64,000 bases of DNA, taken from positions 70,412 through 134,411 of the forward strand of contig JAZUKV010000010.1 of assembly GCA_045643465.1 (NCBI GenBank), in the 5' to 3' direction. The first letter of the stretch is position 1. Every line of letters starts with the position of its first letter. The position numbers and the translations under genes are program-made. Under the pieces are notes generated by a model, which did not search any database, was not told the DNA's origin, and saw only the letters and a program-made list of their open reading frames with translations. Shown in pieces: positions 1 to 9,613 of this stretch. The stretch comes from Clostridia bacterium (lineage in GTDB: Bacteria; Bacillota; Clostridia; TANB77; CAG-508).

Positions 1-639
<639 letters not shown>

Positions 640-676
640 TTAGGAAAAAAATTTTTTCTTAGAAAGGATGTTTTAA

Positions 677-2131
677 ATGACGTTAGTAGATGAACGTGAA
701 GTTATGCTTGAACAAGAGAAAAAACAAAAATTGATGAAAAATATAATTAAGTTGATTTTGATTTTATTAGTTATGGCGATTATTTTAATAATTGTTATCA
801 ATATAAAAAATTCAAAGACATTTAAATTCTATATTGATGGAGAAAAGAAAGCTGATGTTGATGACAGTATTTTATTAAAAGACGAGAAGGGAAAAATTCT
901 CGTTGAAAACGGAGATGTTTATATATCTATTAGAAAATTAGCTACAGCCTTAAACTATCAATATTATAACAGTGAATATAAACAAAAAGGTGAAGATAGA
1001 TCAAAATGTCAAGTTAGAGCAAATAACATTTATAGCTCATACATATCAGATTCTAATAAATTTTACAAAACTATAGTAACAGAAAATAAAGTATCAGAAG
1101 AAAATAAGAAAAAGGATGAAAATGGTTTTTCTGAAATTGAGGAAGCTTTTTTAACATCATATGAATATTTTGACTTAGGAAGCAATGTTAGAATAGTTAA
1201 TGATGAATTATATGCAAATATAAGTGCAATTAATTTAGGATTAGATGTTGTAGTAACATACAATTCAAAAAATAGATCTTTAAATGTTACAACATTAGAT
1301 TACCTAGAGGATATGGCTAAATCAAAAAGAAAAGATGTTATTTCTTCTGATAGTTATAGTTATGCAAATAAAAGATTACTAAAATATGGTATGGCAATAA
1401 TAACAGATTCTGAAGGTAATCTTGGTGTAGGAAGTTTTACTGATCCAAACAAACTAAATTCTTTTGTAGCTAGTTGTAAATATTCTGAAATAGAATTTAA
1501 TGAAGCAACAAAAACTTTATCTGCTAAAACAAGTAATGATAAAAAAATATGTTTATTATATTTAAATTTAGATACACAGGAAGTTGTTAATAATAAAACA
1601 ACACAATATGCTGATATAAAACCAGCAACGAATAATTTTGATTATTTCGTAGTGAAAAATAATGACGGAAAATCTGGAATTGTTAATATTGATGATAATA
1701 CTGTAGTTCCAATTGAATTTGAGCAAATTGGAGTAAATGATAATTTATATTCAGATTTAGATAGTAAATATATATTAGATAATAAATATATTCCAGTAAA
1801 ACAAAATGATTTATGGGGATTATATGATTTAACAGGAAAAAATCTTGTCGCTCCAAAATATTTTGATATAGGATGTGGTTTATCTCAAAGTGGAAATAGC
1901 ACAGTAATAGTACCAGATGTAAAAGGAAATATTAAAGGTATTGTTTTCCTATATAATAAAGAAAAATCATTATATGGATTGTATAATGCAGAAACAGGAG
2001 AGACAATTGCATTGTCATTAATAGAAGTTTTCAAAAAAGTTGAAAATGGTGAAAATAATTATTATATTAATTATACATTAGATAGAAAATCATCAAATGT
2101 TCATACACTCAATGTTAAAACAGATTTATAA
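677..2131 (+). CDS. membrane-anchored protein with WG/KWG-type repeats, function unknown
   Basis: SD aaagga lies before the ATG. There is an N-terminal TM helix (IIKLILILLVMAIILIIVI). The C-terminal half has repeated motifs of the type GKSGIVNIDDNTVVPIEFEQI, DLWGLYDLTGKNLVAPKYFDI and SLYGLYNAETGETIA. Confidence 0.7.
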   Translation: MTLVDEREVMLEQEKKQKLMKNIIKLILILLVMAIILIIVINIKNSKTFKFYIDGEKKADVDDSILLKDEKGKILVENGDVYISIRKLATALNYQYYNSEYKQKGEDRSKCQVRANNIYSSYISDSNKFYKTIVTENKVSEENKKKDENGFSEIEEAFLTSYEYFDLGSNVRIVNDELYANISAINLGLDVVVTYNSKNRSLNVTTLDYLEDMAKSKRKDVISSDSYSYANKRLLKYGMAIITDSEGNLGVGSFTDPNKLNSFVASCKYSEIEFNEATKTLSAKTSNDKKICLLYLNLDTQEVVNNKTTQYADIKPATNNFDYFVVKNNDGKSGIVNIDDNTVVPIEFEQIGVNDNLYSDLDSKYILDNKYIPVKQNDLWGLYDLTGKNLVAPKYFDIGCGLSQSGNSTVIVPDVKGNIKGIVFLYNKEKSLYGLYNAETGETIALSLIEVFKKVENGENNYYINYTLDRKSSNVHTLNVKTDL

Positions 2132-2138
2132 TTAAAAG

Positions 2139-2191
2139 AAAAACGAGGTTCCACGTACTGTAAAATACAGTTTATATGGTTCCTCGTTTTT
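2139..2191. terminator. bidirectional intrinsic terminator between convergent genes
   Basis: aaaaacgaggttcca pairs with tggttcctcgttttt, with an inner actgta/tacagt stem. A-run and T-run flanks allow it to work on both strands. Confidence 0.7.
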
Positions 2192-2203
2192 AGGGATCTG
2201 CGA

Positions 2204-2377
2204 TTAGGAGGTGGTTGTGCAAAAGATCACATACCATTTATTTTCCTCCTCATTACAATAGATTGAAGTTGTTCCGTCATAGTGATGCATTGAAATTGCA
2301 TGTAAAACTGCAGCTTTGCTATCAAAGGGGTCTGAATAAATTACCCAACCGGGAACTGCCTCTTCTAATTTTTTCAC
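2204..2377 (-). CDS. small (57 aa) hypothetical protein with locally elevated GC
   Basis: It has its own consensus promoter (2412-2440). SD AGGAGGG lies 6 nt before a GTG at 2377; the ORF-track ATG at 2398 has no SD. It ends at the bidirectional terminator. The protein-like sequence is VKKLEEAVPGWVIYSDPFDSKAAVLHAISMHHYDGTTSIYCNEEENKWYVIFCTTTS. Confidence 0.6.
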   Translation of the reverse strand: MKKLEEAVPGWVIYSDPFDSKAAVLHAISMHHYDGTTSIYCNEEENKWYVIFCTTTS

Positions 2378-2411
2378 AGAAATCCCTCCTTTCAACATAT
2401 TGTAGAATTAT

Positions 2412-2440
2412 ATTATATATTCAAAATGATGATATGTCAA
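2412..2440 (-). promoter_or_regulatory. consensus sigma-A type promoter (TTGACA-17-TATAAT) for the small minus-strand gene
   Basis: The reverse complement reads ttgacatatcatcattttgaatatataat. Confidence 0.65.
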
Positions 2441-2494
2441 ACAATTTTCAATTATAAATTGTGACAAAATTAACAAATAGAATAAATTTATATA

Positions 2495-2522
2495 TTGACT
2501 TTTTGTAAAAAAATAGTATAAT
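2495..2522 (+). promoter_or_regulatory. thrS leader promoter (TTGACT-16-TATAAT)
   Basis: ttgactttttgtaaaaaaatagtataat lies directly upstream of the T-box leader. Confidence 0.6.
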
Positions 2523-2534
2523 AAATACATTAAA

Positions 2535-2756
2535 AACATAAATGAGACAAAGTAAAATATGGAATTTATTAGAGATGATTAGTCAGTGGCTGAAAGCTAA
2601 TCTTAAAGGAAGTATTTGAAAAACTACCTCGTTGTTGCCAATTATAATTGGTCGTATTACTTGCGTTAAAAGTTTAATTAAGTTAAAAATAGGATGGAAC
2701 CGTGTTAATATGCACTCCTAAAGGTTATTTTACAAATAGTCTTTAGGAGTTTTTTT
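2535..2756 (+). promoter_or_regulatory. T-box riboswitch leader, threonine specifier
   Basis: There is an AGAGA-type stem I start. The specifier region aaaACUACCucg has ACU at 2623-2625 followed by A, and ACC at 2626-2628; both are Thr codons. The T-box sequence aaaataggatggaaccgtg is at 2685-2703. The terminator is actcctaaag/ctttaggagt plus T6 (2714-2756). Confidence 0.85.
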
Positions 2757-2808
2757 ATAAGCACTTTATTATAAAAATCTGTATCTAAAGACTGAAAGGA
2801 GAATTTTT

Positions 2809-4731
2809 ATGGTTAAAGTTGAATTAAAAGATGGCTCTATTATAGATGTAGAGCAAGGTTGTAGTATACTTGATGTTGCTAAAAAAATTAGCGAAGGATT
2901 AGCAAGAGCTGCTATGTGTGGAAAAGTTGATGGAAAGGTTGAAGATTTAAGATTTACAATTAATAAAGATTGTAAATTGGAGATTTGTACTTTTGATACT
3001 ATAGAAGGTAAAAAGGCTTATTGGCATACTACATCACATATTATGGCTCAAGCTGTACAAAGATTATTCCCAGGAACAAAATTTGCTATAGGACCTGCTA
3101 TAGATGAAGGTTTTTATTATGATTTTGATTGTGAAATTGCATTTAATGATGAGAATAAATTAAAAATAGAAGAAGAAATGAAAAAGATAATTAAAGAAGA
3201 TATTTCAATCGAAAGATTTTCTTTACCCAAAAATGAAGCTTTAGAATTAATGAAAAATCAACCATATAAAGTTGAATTAATTAATGATTTACCAGAAGGA
3301 GAAGAAATTTCTTTTTATAAACAAGGAGATTTTACAGATTTATGTGCAGGGCCACATTTAATGAGTACAGGAAAAGTTAAATGTGTTAAATTATTAGCTA
3401 ATTCAGGAGCTTATTGGAGAGGTGATGAACATAATAAAATGCTTCAAAGAATTTATGCAATATCATTTCCAAAAGCTAGCGAGTTAGAAGAATTTATAAG
3501 ATTACAAGAGGAAGCAAAAGAGCGTGATCATAGAAAAATAGGAAAAGAGCAAAAACTATTTATGACACATAAATTAGTTGGAGCAGGGCTTCCAATGTAT
3601 CTACCAAAAGGTGCTACTATAAGAAGAACTCTTGAAAGATATATTCAAGATAAAGAGCTTGCTTTAGGTTACTGGCATGTATATACACCATCAATTGCAA
3701 ATACAGAGCTATATAAAATAAGTGGTCACTGGGATCATTATAAAGATGATATGTTCCCGGTTATGAAAATGGATGAAGAGGAACTTGTTTTAAGACCTAT
3801 GAATTGTCCACATCATATGCTTATTTATAAAAATGATTTACGTTCATATAAAGATTTACCAATTAAAATAGGTGAATTAGCTCATGATTTTAGATTTGAA
3901 AATAGTGGTGCAGTTTGTGGATTAGAGCGTGTTCGTCAAATGTGCCAAAATGATGCTCATTTATTTGTAAGACCTGATCAAATAAAAGAAGAATTTGGTC
4001 AAGTTGTTAGATTGATTCTATCTGTTTATGAAGATTTTGGATTTGAAGATTATAGTTTCAGATTATCATTAAGAGATAAAAATGATAAAGTAAAATATAT
4101 AGATAATGATGAAATGTGGGAGACAGCAGAAAGTCAATTACGTGAGATTTTAACAGAGCTAGGTGTTGATTTTTATGAAGCTGAAGGTGAAGCTGCTTTC
4201 TATGGTCCAAAGCTTGATGTTCAAATTAAATCAGCATTAGGACATGATGTAACAGTTTCTACATGCCAATTAGATTTTGCTTTACCTGAAAGATTTGATT
4301 TAAATTATGTTGGTGAAGATGGTAAAAATCATAGACCAGTTGTTATACATAGAGCTATATTAGGAACATCAGATAGATTTATGGCATTTTTATTAGAAGA
4401 AACAAAAGGTGTTCTTCCAACATGGCTTGCTCCAACTCAAGTAAAGATATTACCAATAGCTGATAGTCATATAGAATATGCTAAAGAAGTTGCATTAAAA
4501 TTAAGAAATAAATGTGTAAGAGCTGAAATCGATGAAAGAAATGAAAAAATAGGATACAAAATACGTGAGGCTCAATTAGAAAAAGTTCCATATATGTTAA
4601 TTATAGGAGATAAAGAAATCGAGTCAAATGCAGTAGGTGTTAGATCTCATAAAGATGGAGATATTGGTGATATGCCAACAGATGAATTTATAAACAAAAT
4701 AAAATATGAAATAGATAATTACGTAAAATAA
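2809..4731 (+). CDS. thrS: threonine--tRNA ligase
   Basis: 640 aa with an N-terminal TGS domain, editing-domain motifs (HTTSHIMAQAV), class II core motifs (RPMNCPHH, FRFENSG) and an anticodon-binding C-terminus. It is preceded by a Thr T-box. Confidence 0.97.
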   Translation: MVKVELKDGSIIDVEQGCSILDVAKKISEGLARAAMCGKVDGKVEDLRFTINKDCKLEICTFDTIEGKKAYWHTTSHIMAQAVQRLFPGTKFAIGPAIDEGFYYDFDCEIAFNDENKLKIEEEMKKIIKEDISIERFSLPKNEALELMKNQPYKVELINDLPEGEEISFYKQGDFTDLCAGPHLMSTGKVKCVKLLANSGAYWRGDEHNKMLQRIYAISFPKASELEEFIRLQEEAKERDHRKIGKEQKLFMTHKLVGAGLPMYLPKGATIRRTLERYIQDKELALGYWHVYTPSIANTELYKISGHWDHYKDDMFPVMKMDEEELVLRPMNCPHHMLIYKNDLRSYKDLPIKIGELAHDFRFENSGAVCGLERVRQMCQNDAHLFVRPDQIKEEFGQVVRLILSVYEDFGFEDYSFRLSLRDKNDKVKYIDNDEMWETAESQLREILTELGVDFYEAEGEAAFYGPKLDVQIKSALGHDVTVSTCQLDFALPERFDLNYVGEDGKNHRPVVIHRAILGTSDRFMAFLLEETKGVLPTWLAPTQVKILPIADSHIEYAKEVALKLRNKCVRAEIDERNEKIGYKIREAQLEKVPYMLIIGDKEIESNAVGVRSHKDGDIGDMPTDEFINKIKYEIDNYVK

Positions 4732-4745
4732 ATTATCAAAAATTA

Positions 4746-4785
4746 TAAGAGCATAACGTAATAACGCATTATGCTCTTAATTTGT
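4746..4785 (+). terminator. thrS terminator hairpin
   Basis: 11-bp stem taagagcataa/ttatgctctta. The following T-tract is weak. Confidence 0.6.
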
Positions 4786-4800
4786 ATAGGATGTGGGAAT

Positions 4801-5931
4801 ATGAATGGTGAAAAAAATAAAGAGCTACAGATAGAAATCTATTTACAAAGATGTATGGATATATTGACAAATTATTCTTCTTTGAAAAAAATAGTAATTA
4901 AAGGATCTCAAAATAAAAATTCATCAAAAAGCAGAGATTTATATGTTGTTGAGGCTAAAAAAATAATAGGCGATAATGGTAAAAAAATGAATATTGTTGA
5001 TGGAAAAGATACGGTATTTATTATTGAAAAAGATGATAATATAAGAAAGTTAAAGCTTAAAAATAGTAATTTTAGTATTGATTTAGGAAATAAAGATGAA
5101 TACTATATAGTAAAAAATAAAGAATTAAATTGTGCTTATGGAATTGAAGAGCACAAGTGTGATGATGATATATATAAGCGCACATTTTATATGGATGATG
5201 GTAATGATGCTAAAGTAGCTGAATTTTTAGTAAAAAATACGGAGATAGCCTTAATTTATTTTAAAAGAATTTCGAAGGAATATAATTTTTCAATAGAGGC
5301 TAAAGATGAAATATTGAAAAATATGTCTGATGAAGAGCTTGTAGAATATGCAGAAGAAGAAATGGATGAGCTAGAGCCAGAATGCATTGAAATGGATGAA
5401 TTTAATGATGAAGATTACGACGATATCAGAGATTGCGATGATGATGAAAAAATAAATGCTGAAATATTACCAGATAATGCGGAAGATTATGAATATATGC
5501 CCAAAATATTTAAAGAAATAATAGAAATAAATGAGCATAATAATGATGGAAAACTAGAATTAAAAGATGATATAGATTATGAAAATGATGAAGCGGAATA
5601 TGATGATTTTGAAGATTATGATGAAGATGACGATGAGGAAATAGACAAAGAAGGATTATTGTATACTCCTGAAGAATTGGATTTAAGACAAAGAAAATTA
5701 AATGAATTAGTAATAACAAGAAAAAATTTTTCAAAGGATAATGCGAGAAAAATGTCAGAAAAAATTCTTGAAGATGAAGAAAAGGAGCTTGAATACGAAT
5801 TTATAGAAGATTATCTAGAAGCAGCTAATTTTTATGCGACTGAATTTATTGAAAATATTGAAATAATAAATAAAATTCATGATGAATTAAAACAAAAGCT
5901 TGATTGTAATAAGGATAATGAAGATCGTTAG
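4801..5931 (+). CDS. hypothetical, extremely acidic (D/E-rich) protein
   Basis: Long ORF. The ORF-track ATG at 4771 lies inside the thrS terminator hairpin, so the ATG at 4801 (MNGEKNKE...) is preferred. The C-terminal half is D/E-rich (e.g. DEFNDEDYDDIRDCDDDEK, DDFEDYDEDDDEEID). No motif recognised. Confidence 0.65.
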   Translation: MNGEKNKELQIEIYLQRCMDILTNYSSLKKIVIKGSQNKNSSKSRDLYVVEAKKIIGDNGKKMNIVDGKDTVFIIEKDDNIRKLKLKNSNFSIDLGNKDEYYIVKNKELNCAYGIEEHKCDDDIYKRTFYMDDGNDAKVAEFLVKNTEIALIYFKRISKEYNFSIEAKDEILKNMSDEELVEYAEEEMDELEPECIEMDEFNDEDYDDIRDCDDDEKINAEILPDNAEDYEYMPKIFKEIIEINEHNNDGKLELKDDIDYENDEAEYDDFEDYDEDDDEEIDKEGLLYTPEELDLRQRKLNELVITRKNFSKDNARKMSEKILEDEEKELEYEFIEDYLEAANFYATEFIENIEIINKIHDELKQKLDCNKDNEDR

Positions 5932-5980
5932 ATAAATCATTAAGTGCAAAAATAAATAATAAACAAAGGAGGAATATCTT

Positions 5981-7156
5981 ATGATAAAAAGAGCCATTAT
6001 AATGGTATTAGATGGATTTGGTGTTGGAGAGCAACCAGATTCAAATATTTATGGTGATGAAGGTAGTAATACTTTAGTTGGAATCTATAATCAAGAGCAC
6101 CCAATTTTACCAAATATGAAATCTATGGGATTATTTAATATAGTTGGAATTGAAATTTCCGATAAAGCAGATAAAGTATTAGGTGCTTATGGTAAAGCTA
6201 TGGAAGTTTGTGATGGTAAAAATAGTCCGGTAGGACATTGGGAAATGAGTGGATATATAAAGAAACCAGGATTTAGAACATATCCAAATGCTTTTCCAGA
6301 AGAATTAATTCAAGAATTTATGGACAAGACAGGAATAAAAGGAATTCTATGTAATGAAGTAGGATCAGGAACTGAGATATTAAAACGTTTTGGCGAAGAG
6401 CATATAAAAACAGGATATCCAATTATATATACTTCTGCAGATAGCGTATTTCAAATTGCAGCGCATGAAGATGTTATCCCTGTTGAAAAATTGTATGAAA
6501 TATGCATGATTGCAAGAAAAATGCTAGATGAACCAAAATATAATGTAGGAACAGTTATAGCAAGACCTTTTATTGGAGATAAATCTGAAAATTTTGTTAG
6601 AACATATAATAGAAAAGATTTCGAATCAAGTATGTTTGGTAAAACTATGCTAGATATAATTTCTGAAAATGGTAAAGATGTGATTGCAATAGGTAAAATT
6701 GAAGATTTATTTTCTGGAAGAGGGATAACAAAGTCAATTCATACAAATGGTAATGCTGATGGGATAGAGCAAACAATAAAACAAATAAAAGAAGATTCAA
6801 CAGGATTAATATTTACTAATTTAGTAGATACAGATATGTTATATGGTCATAGAAATGATGTAAAAGGTTATAGTAAGGCATTAGAATATTTTGACTCAAA
6901 ATTACCTGAAATTATAAGTACATTAAAAGATGACGATATATTAATTATTACAGCAGACCATGGAAATGATCCAACAACACCAAGTACAGATCATTCAAGA
7001 GAATATATACCAATATTAATTTATGGAAAAAATATAAAAGAAAATGTTAATATAGGAATTAGAATGACATATGCTGATATTTCTGCCACTATATTGGATA
7101 TTTTTAATTATCCAAGTTTAATAGGTAAGAGCTTCATGAATCAAATAGTAAAATAG
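5981..7156 (+). CDS. deoB: phosphopentomutase
   Basis: Motifs VLDGFGVG, GHWEMSG and TADHGNDPT. SD aaggagg lies upstream. Confidence 0.93.
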   Translation: MIKRAIIMVLDGFGVGEQPDSNIYGDEGSNTLVGIYNQEHPILPNMKSMGLFNIVGIEISDKADKVLGAYGKAMEVCDGKNSPVGHWEMSGYIKKPGFRTYPNAFPEELIQEFMDKTGIKGILCNEVGSGTEILKRFGEEHIKTGYPIIYTSADSVFQIAAHEDVIPVEKLYEICMIARKMLDEPKYNVGTVIARPFIGDKSENFVRTYNRKDFESSMFGKTMLDIISENGKDVIAIGKIEDLFSGRGITKSIHTNGNADGIEQTIKQIKEDSTGLIFTNLVDTDMLYGHRNDVKGYSKALEYFDSKLPEIISTLKDDDILIITADHGNDPTTPSTDHSREYIPILIYGKNIKENVNIGIRMTYADISATILDIFNYPSLIGKSFMNQIVK

Positions 7157-7185
7157 GTGTTACTGTTTTTAGGAGGAATAAAATA

Positions 7186-8046
7186 ATGGAAATAAAGATG
7201 TATTTCTTCTTGTTTTTAATTTATTCAATAATAGGTTGGTTAATAGAAGTTACATTAGGAATAATAGAAAACAAAAAATTCGTAAATAGAGGATTTATGG
7301 TTGGCCCATATTGCCCTATTTATGGTATTGGAGGAATTTTAATAACAATATTTTTAAAAGGATATACAGAGCACCCAATAGCATTATTTTGTATAGCAAT
7401 TGTGGTATGTGGACTTTTAGAATATTTTACAAGTTATATTATGGAAAAGTTTTTCAAAGCTCGTTGGTGGGATTATAGCAGGAGAAAATTTAATATAAAT
7501 GGAAGAGTATGCCTAGAAACAATAATTCCATTCGGATTATTAGGATGTTTTATAACATATATTTCAAATCCTTTTTTTGTTAGCATTTTTGAAAAAATAC
7601 CTGAAAACGTAGGGAGTATGCTGTTCTATATATTGTTTAGTGTTTTTATAATGGATTTTATAGTTTCGTTATTTATAATATCAAAAATGAGGAAGACAGT
7701 AAAAGAAGTTAATAAACATGATACTTACGATAATACAGAGGAAATTACTAAAAAAGTAAAAGACATTTTAACTAATAAATCACCATTGCATAGAAGATTG
7801 GTAAATGCATTTCCAAAGATTAGTATAGAAAAAGTTAAATTAAGAATTAAAGAAACAACAGAACAAGTAAAAGAAAATGTTGCAAAAGCAACAGAAGAGG
7901 CTGCGGTCTTAATTAAGGAAGGTGCTAATAAAGTTAAAGAAAGTACATTAAAGGCAAAAGAGGATGCTACAGAAAAATTAAGAAATGGGGCTAATATGGT
8001 AAAAGAAACTGCCAAAAAGACTACCGAAAAATTTAAGAAAAATTAA
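7186..8046 (+). CDS. polytopic membrane protein (resembles the family annotated as putative ABC-transporter type IV / DUF1113) with a K/E-rich helical C-terminal tail
   Basis: SD aggagg. The N-terminus FLIYSIIGWLIEV...GPYCPIYGIGG is typical of that family as I remember it. The tail carries repeated KE..A.K..E motifs. Confidence 0.65.
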   Translation: MEIKMYFFLFLIYSIIGWLIEVTLGIIENKKFVNRGFMVGPYCPIYGIGGILITIFLKGYTEHPIALFCIAIVVCGLLEYFTSYIMEKFFKARWWDYSRRKFNINGRVCLETIIPFGLLGCFITYISNPFFVSIFEKIPENVGSMLFYILFSVFIMDFIVSLFIISKMRKTVKEVNKHDTYDNTEEITKKVKDILTNKSPLHRRLVNAFPKISIEKVKLRIKETTEQVKENVAKATEEAAVLIKEGANKVKESTLKAKEDATEKLRNGANMVKETAKKTTEKFKKN

Positions 8047-8059
8047 TTTAATAAAATGA

Positions 8060-8095
8060 AACAGGACAAGCTAGCAAGCAAGTCCTGTTTTTTTT
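8060..8095. terminator. intrinsic terminator between convergent genes
   Basis: aacaggac...gtcctgtt followed by T8. Confidence 0.75.
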
Positions 8096-8096
8096 C

Positions 8097-8444
8097 TCAA
8101 TTGAAGTATTTTTTACAAATTGTATGAAGATCAAAATAGTAAATATCATATTTCTTACTTGGCGAATATGTATGTTTTTTACAAGCAAAATTAAACTTTA
8201 GCAGCTTGTTAAGGAATAACTGATATATTACAAATATTAATGGATCATTAATTGGATATTCGAATATATCATTGCTATCAGTGTCATTTGTAAAATTTAT
8301 GCTAAGTATATTGCTTTCTTTTGAAACATAAATTCTAACGTATGAATAAACAATGTTTTCTGATTCTTTGCGAAGAGCTTTCTTTTCATCCTCTGAAAAA
8401 GTTGGTAAATAAACCTTTGCAGTTTCATCAAATATCCACTGCAT
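8097..8444 (-). CDS. hypothetical protein (115 aa)
   Basis: Strong SD aaaaaggagtga lies 7 nt before the ATG. An upstream TTGACA-18-TATAAC-like promoter is on the minus strand. No family recognised. Confidence 0.7.
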   Translation of the reverse strand: MQWIFDETAKVYLPTFSEDEKKALRKESENIVYSYVRIYVSKESNILSINFTNDTDSNDIFEYPINDPLIFVIYQLFLNKLLKFNFACKKHTYSPSKKYDIYYFDLHTICKKYFN

Positions 8445-8659
8445 ATAAAATCACTCCTTTTTAAACAAATACTTAAATTGCGAATGAAAAACACAAGTGC
8501 TAGAGCACAAGTTTAGAATTGTTATATCATTAATTATCGTTACGTGTCAATTAAATAATGATTTTTTTATTGAATTGGCGAAAAGTATTGAAAACAGTAG
8601 ACATGTAACATAAAAGGTGCTATAATCTAAAACATAATTTGTCGAAAAGGGGTTTTTGT

Positions 8660-9457
8660 ATGTTTAATAAATTAGGTTATAATAATAAATTAGAAGAATT
8701 AGTAAACAATCAAAAAGCAGATGAAAAAATTGCAGAATTAATTAAAAATAATTTGGAAAAACAGAGAAATTCCAAAAAGGCGATTAAGAAATTAGAAACT
8801 GAAATAGCGAATATTAAAAAGACAATTGAAGGGCATGAAGCTCAAAGAGATGAAATATCAATATTAAAAATTAAAGAGCATTCTAAAATTTCTAAAGAAA
8901 TGAAAATGTTAAACAAAGACTTAAAGAAAAAGATGAAAGAAAAGGATGAATATTTTAATGAATGTCAAAAAGCAAAAGAAGAAAATTCAGAAATAGAAAA
9001 AGAGCTTGATGAACAATATAAAATATTTAAAGAAAATGATATATATTTTAAGGCAGTAAATAAAATAAATGAGATGAATGTAGAATTATCTCCAGAATTT
9101 TTTGCTGAATATACAAATCATGTGAATGAATATAATAATACTATATATAGTATTGAAAATAAAACAAAATTAATAGAGCCAAATGTTAATCATTTAACAA
9201 TGCTTTTAAATATATTACAAAAAAATGAAGAAAAGCAAATAAAAAAATCAAAAACAGATAAAAATAATGAATCAGCAGAAAAGAAAACAACTAGAAGAAA
9301 ATCTACAAAGAAATCAGAAAAAGAAAATGATGATACAGCAGTCGTAAAAAAATCAACAAATAAAAAAGTAAACAGTAAAAGTGAGGAGGAATCTTTAAAA
9401 AAGAGCAGCTCAACAACCAAAAGAAAATCTACAAAAAAAGAAACGGCAAATGAATAA
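8660..9457 (+). CDS. hypothetical coiled-coil protein with a lysine-rich basic C-terminal tail
   Basis: SD aaagggg lies before the ATG at 8660 (MFNKLGYNN). A TAGACA-17-TATAAT promoter with a TG extension is at about 8598-8626. The tail contains TRRKSTKKSEKE and TKRKSTKKE. Confidence 0.7.
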   Translation: MFNKLGYNNKLEELVNNQKADEKIAELIKNNLEKQRNSKKAIKKLETEIANIKKTIEGHEAQRDEISILKIKEHSKISKEMKMLNKDLKKKMKEKDEYFNECQKAKEENSEIEKELDEQYKIFKENDIYFKAVNKINEMNVELSPEFFAEYTNHVNEYNNTIYSIENKTKLIEPNVNHLTMLLNILQKNEEKQIKKSKTDKNNESAEKKTTRRKSTKKSEKENDDTAVVKKSTNKKVNSKSEEESLKKSSSTTKRKSTKKETANE

Positions 9458-9511
9458 TATTGACAAATATTGTCTTGTATTATAATATTAAAGACAATAG
9501 TTTATATAAAG

Positions 9512-9545
9512 AAATAGACTATGTTTTAAGCATAGTCTATTTTAC
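9512..9545 (+). terminator. intrinsic terminator
   Basis: 12-bp stem aaatagactatg/catagtctattt followed by a short T-run. Confidence 0.65.
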
Positions 9546-9613
9546 TTAGAGCGGCAAAAAAGATTTTAGATAATATATATATTGTTTATAAGATTTATCA
9601 GAAGGAGGATTTT

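Noticed and set aside
2215-2457. Plus-strand 80-aa ORF preceded by a strong-looking AGGAGG-GTG
   Set aside because: The translation is compositionally non-protein-like (MCKRSHTIYFPPHYNRLKLF...). It would run through the minus-strand promoter. The opposite-strand ORF has a promoter, an SD and a terminator in the correct arrangement. The SD look-alike is the complement of the Thr/Ser codons at the end of that gene.
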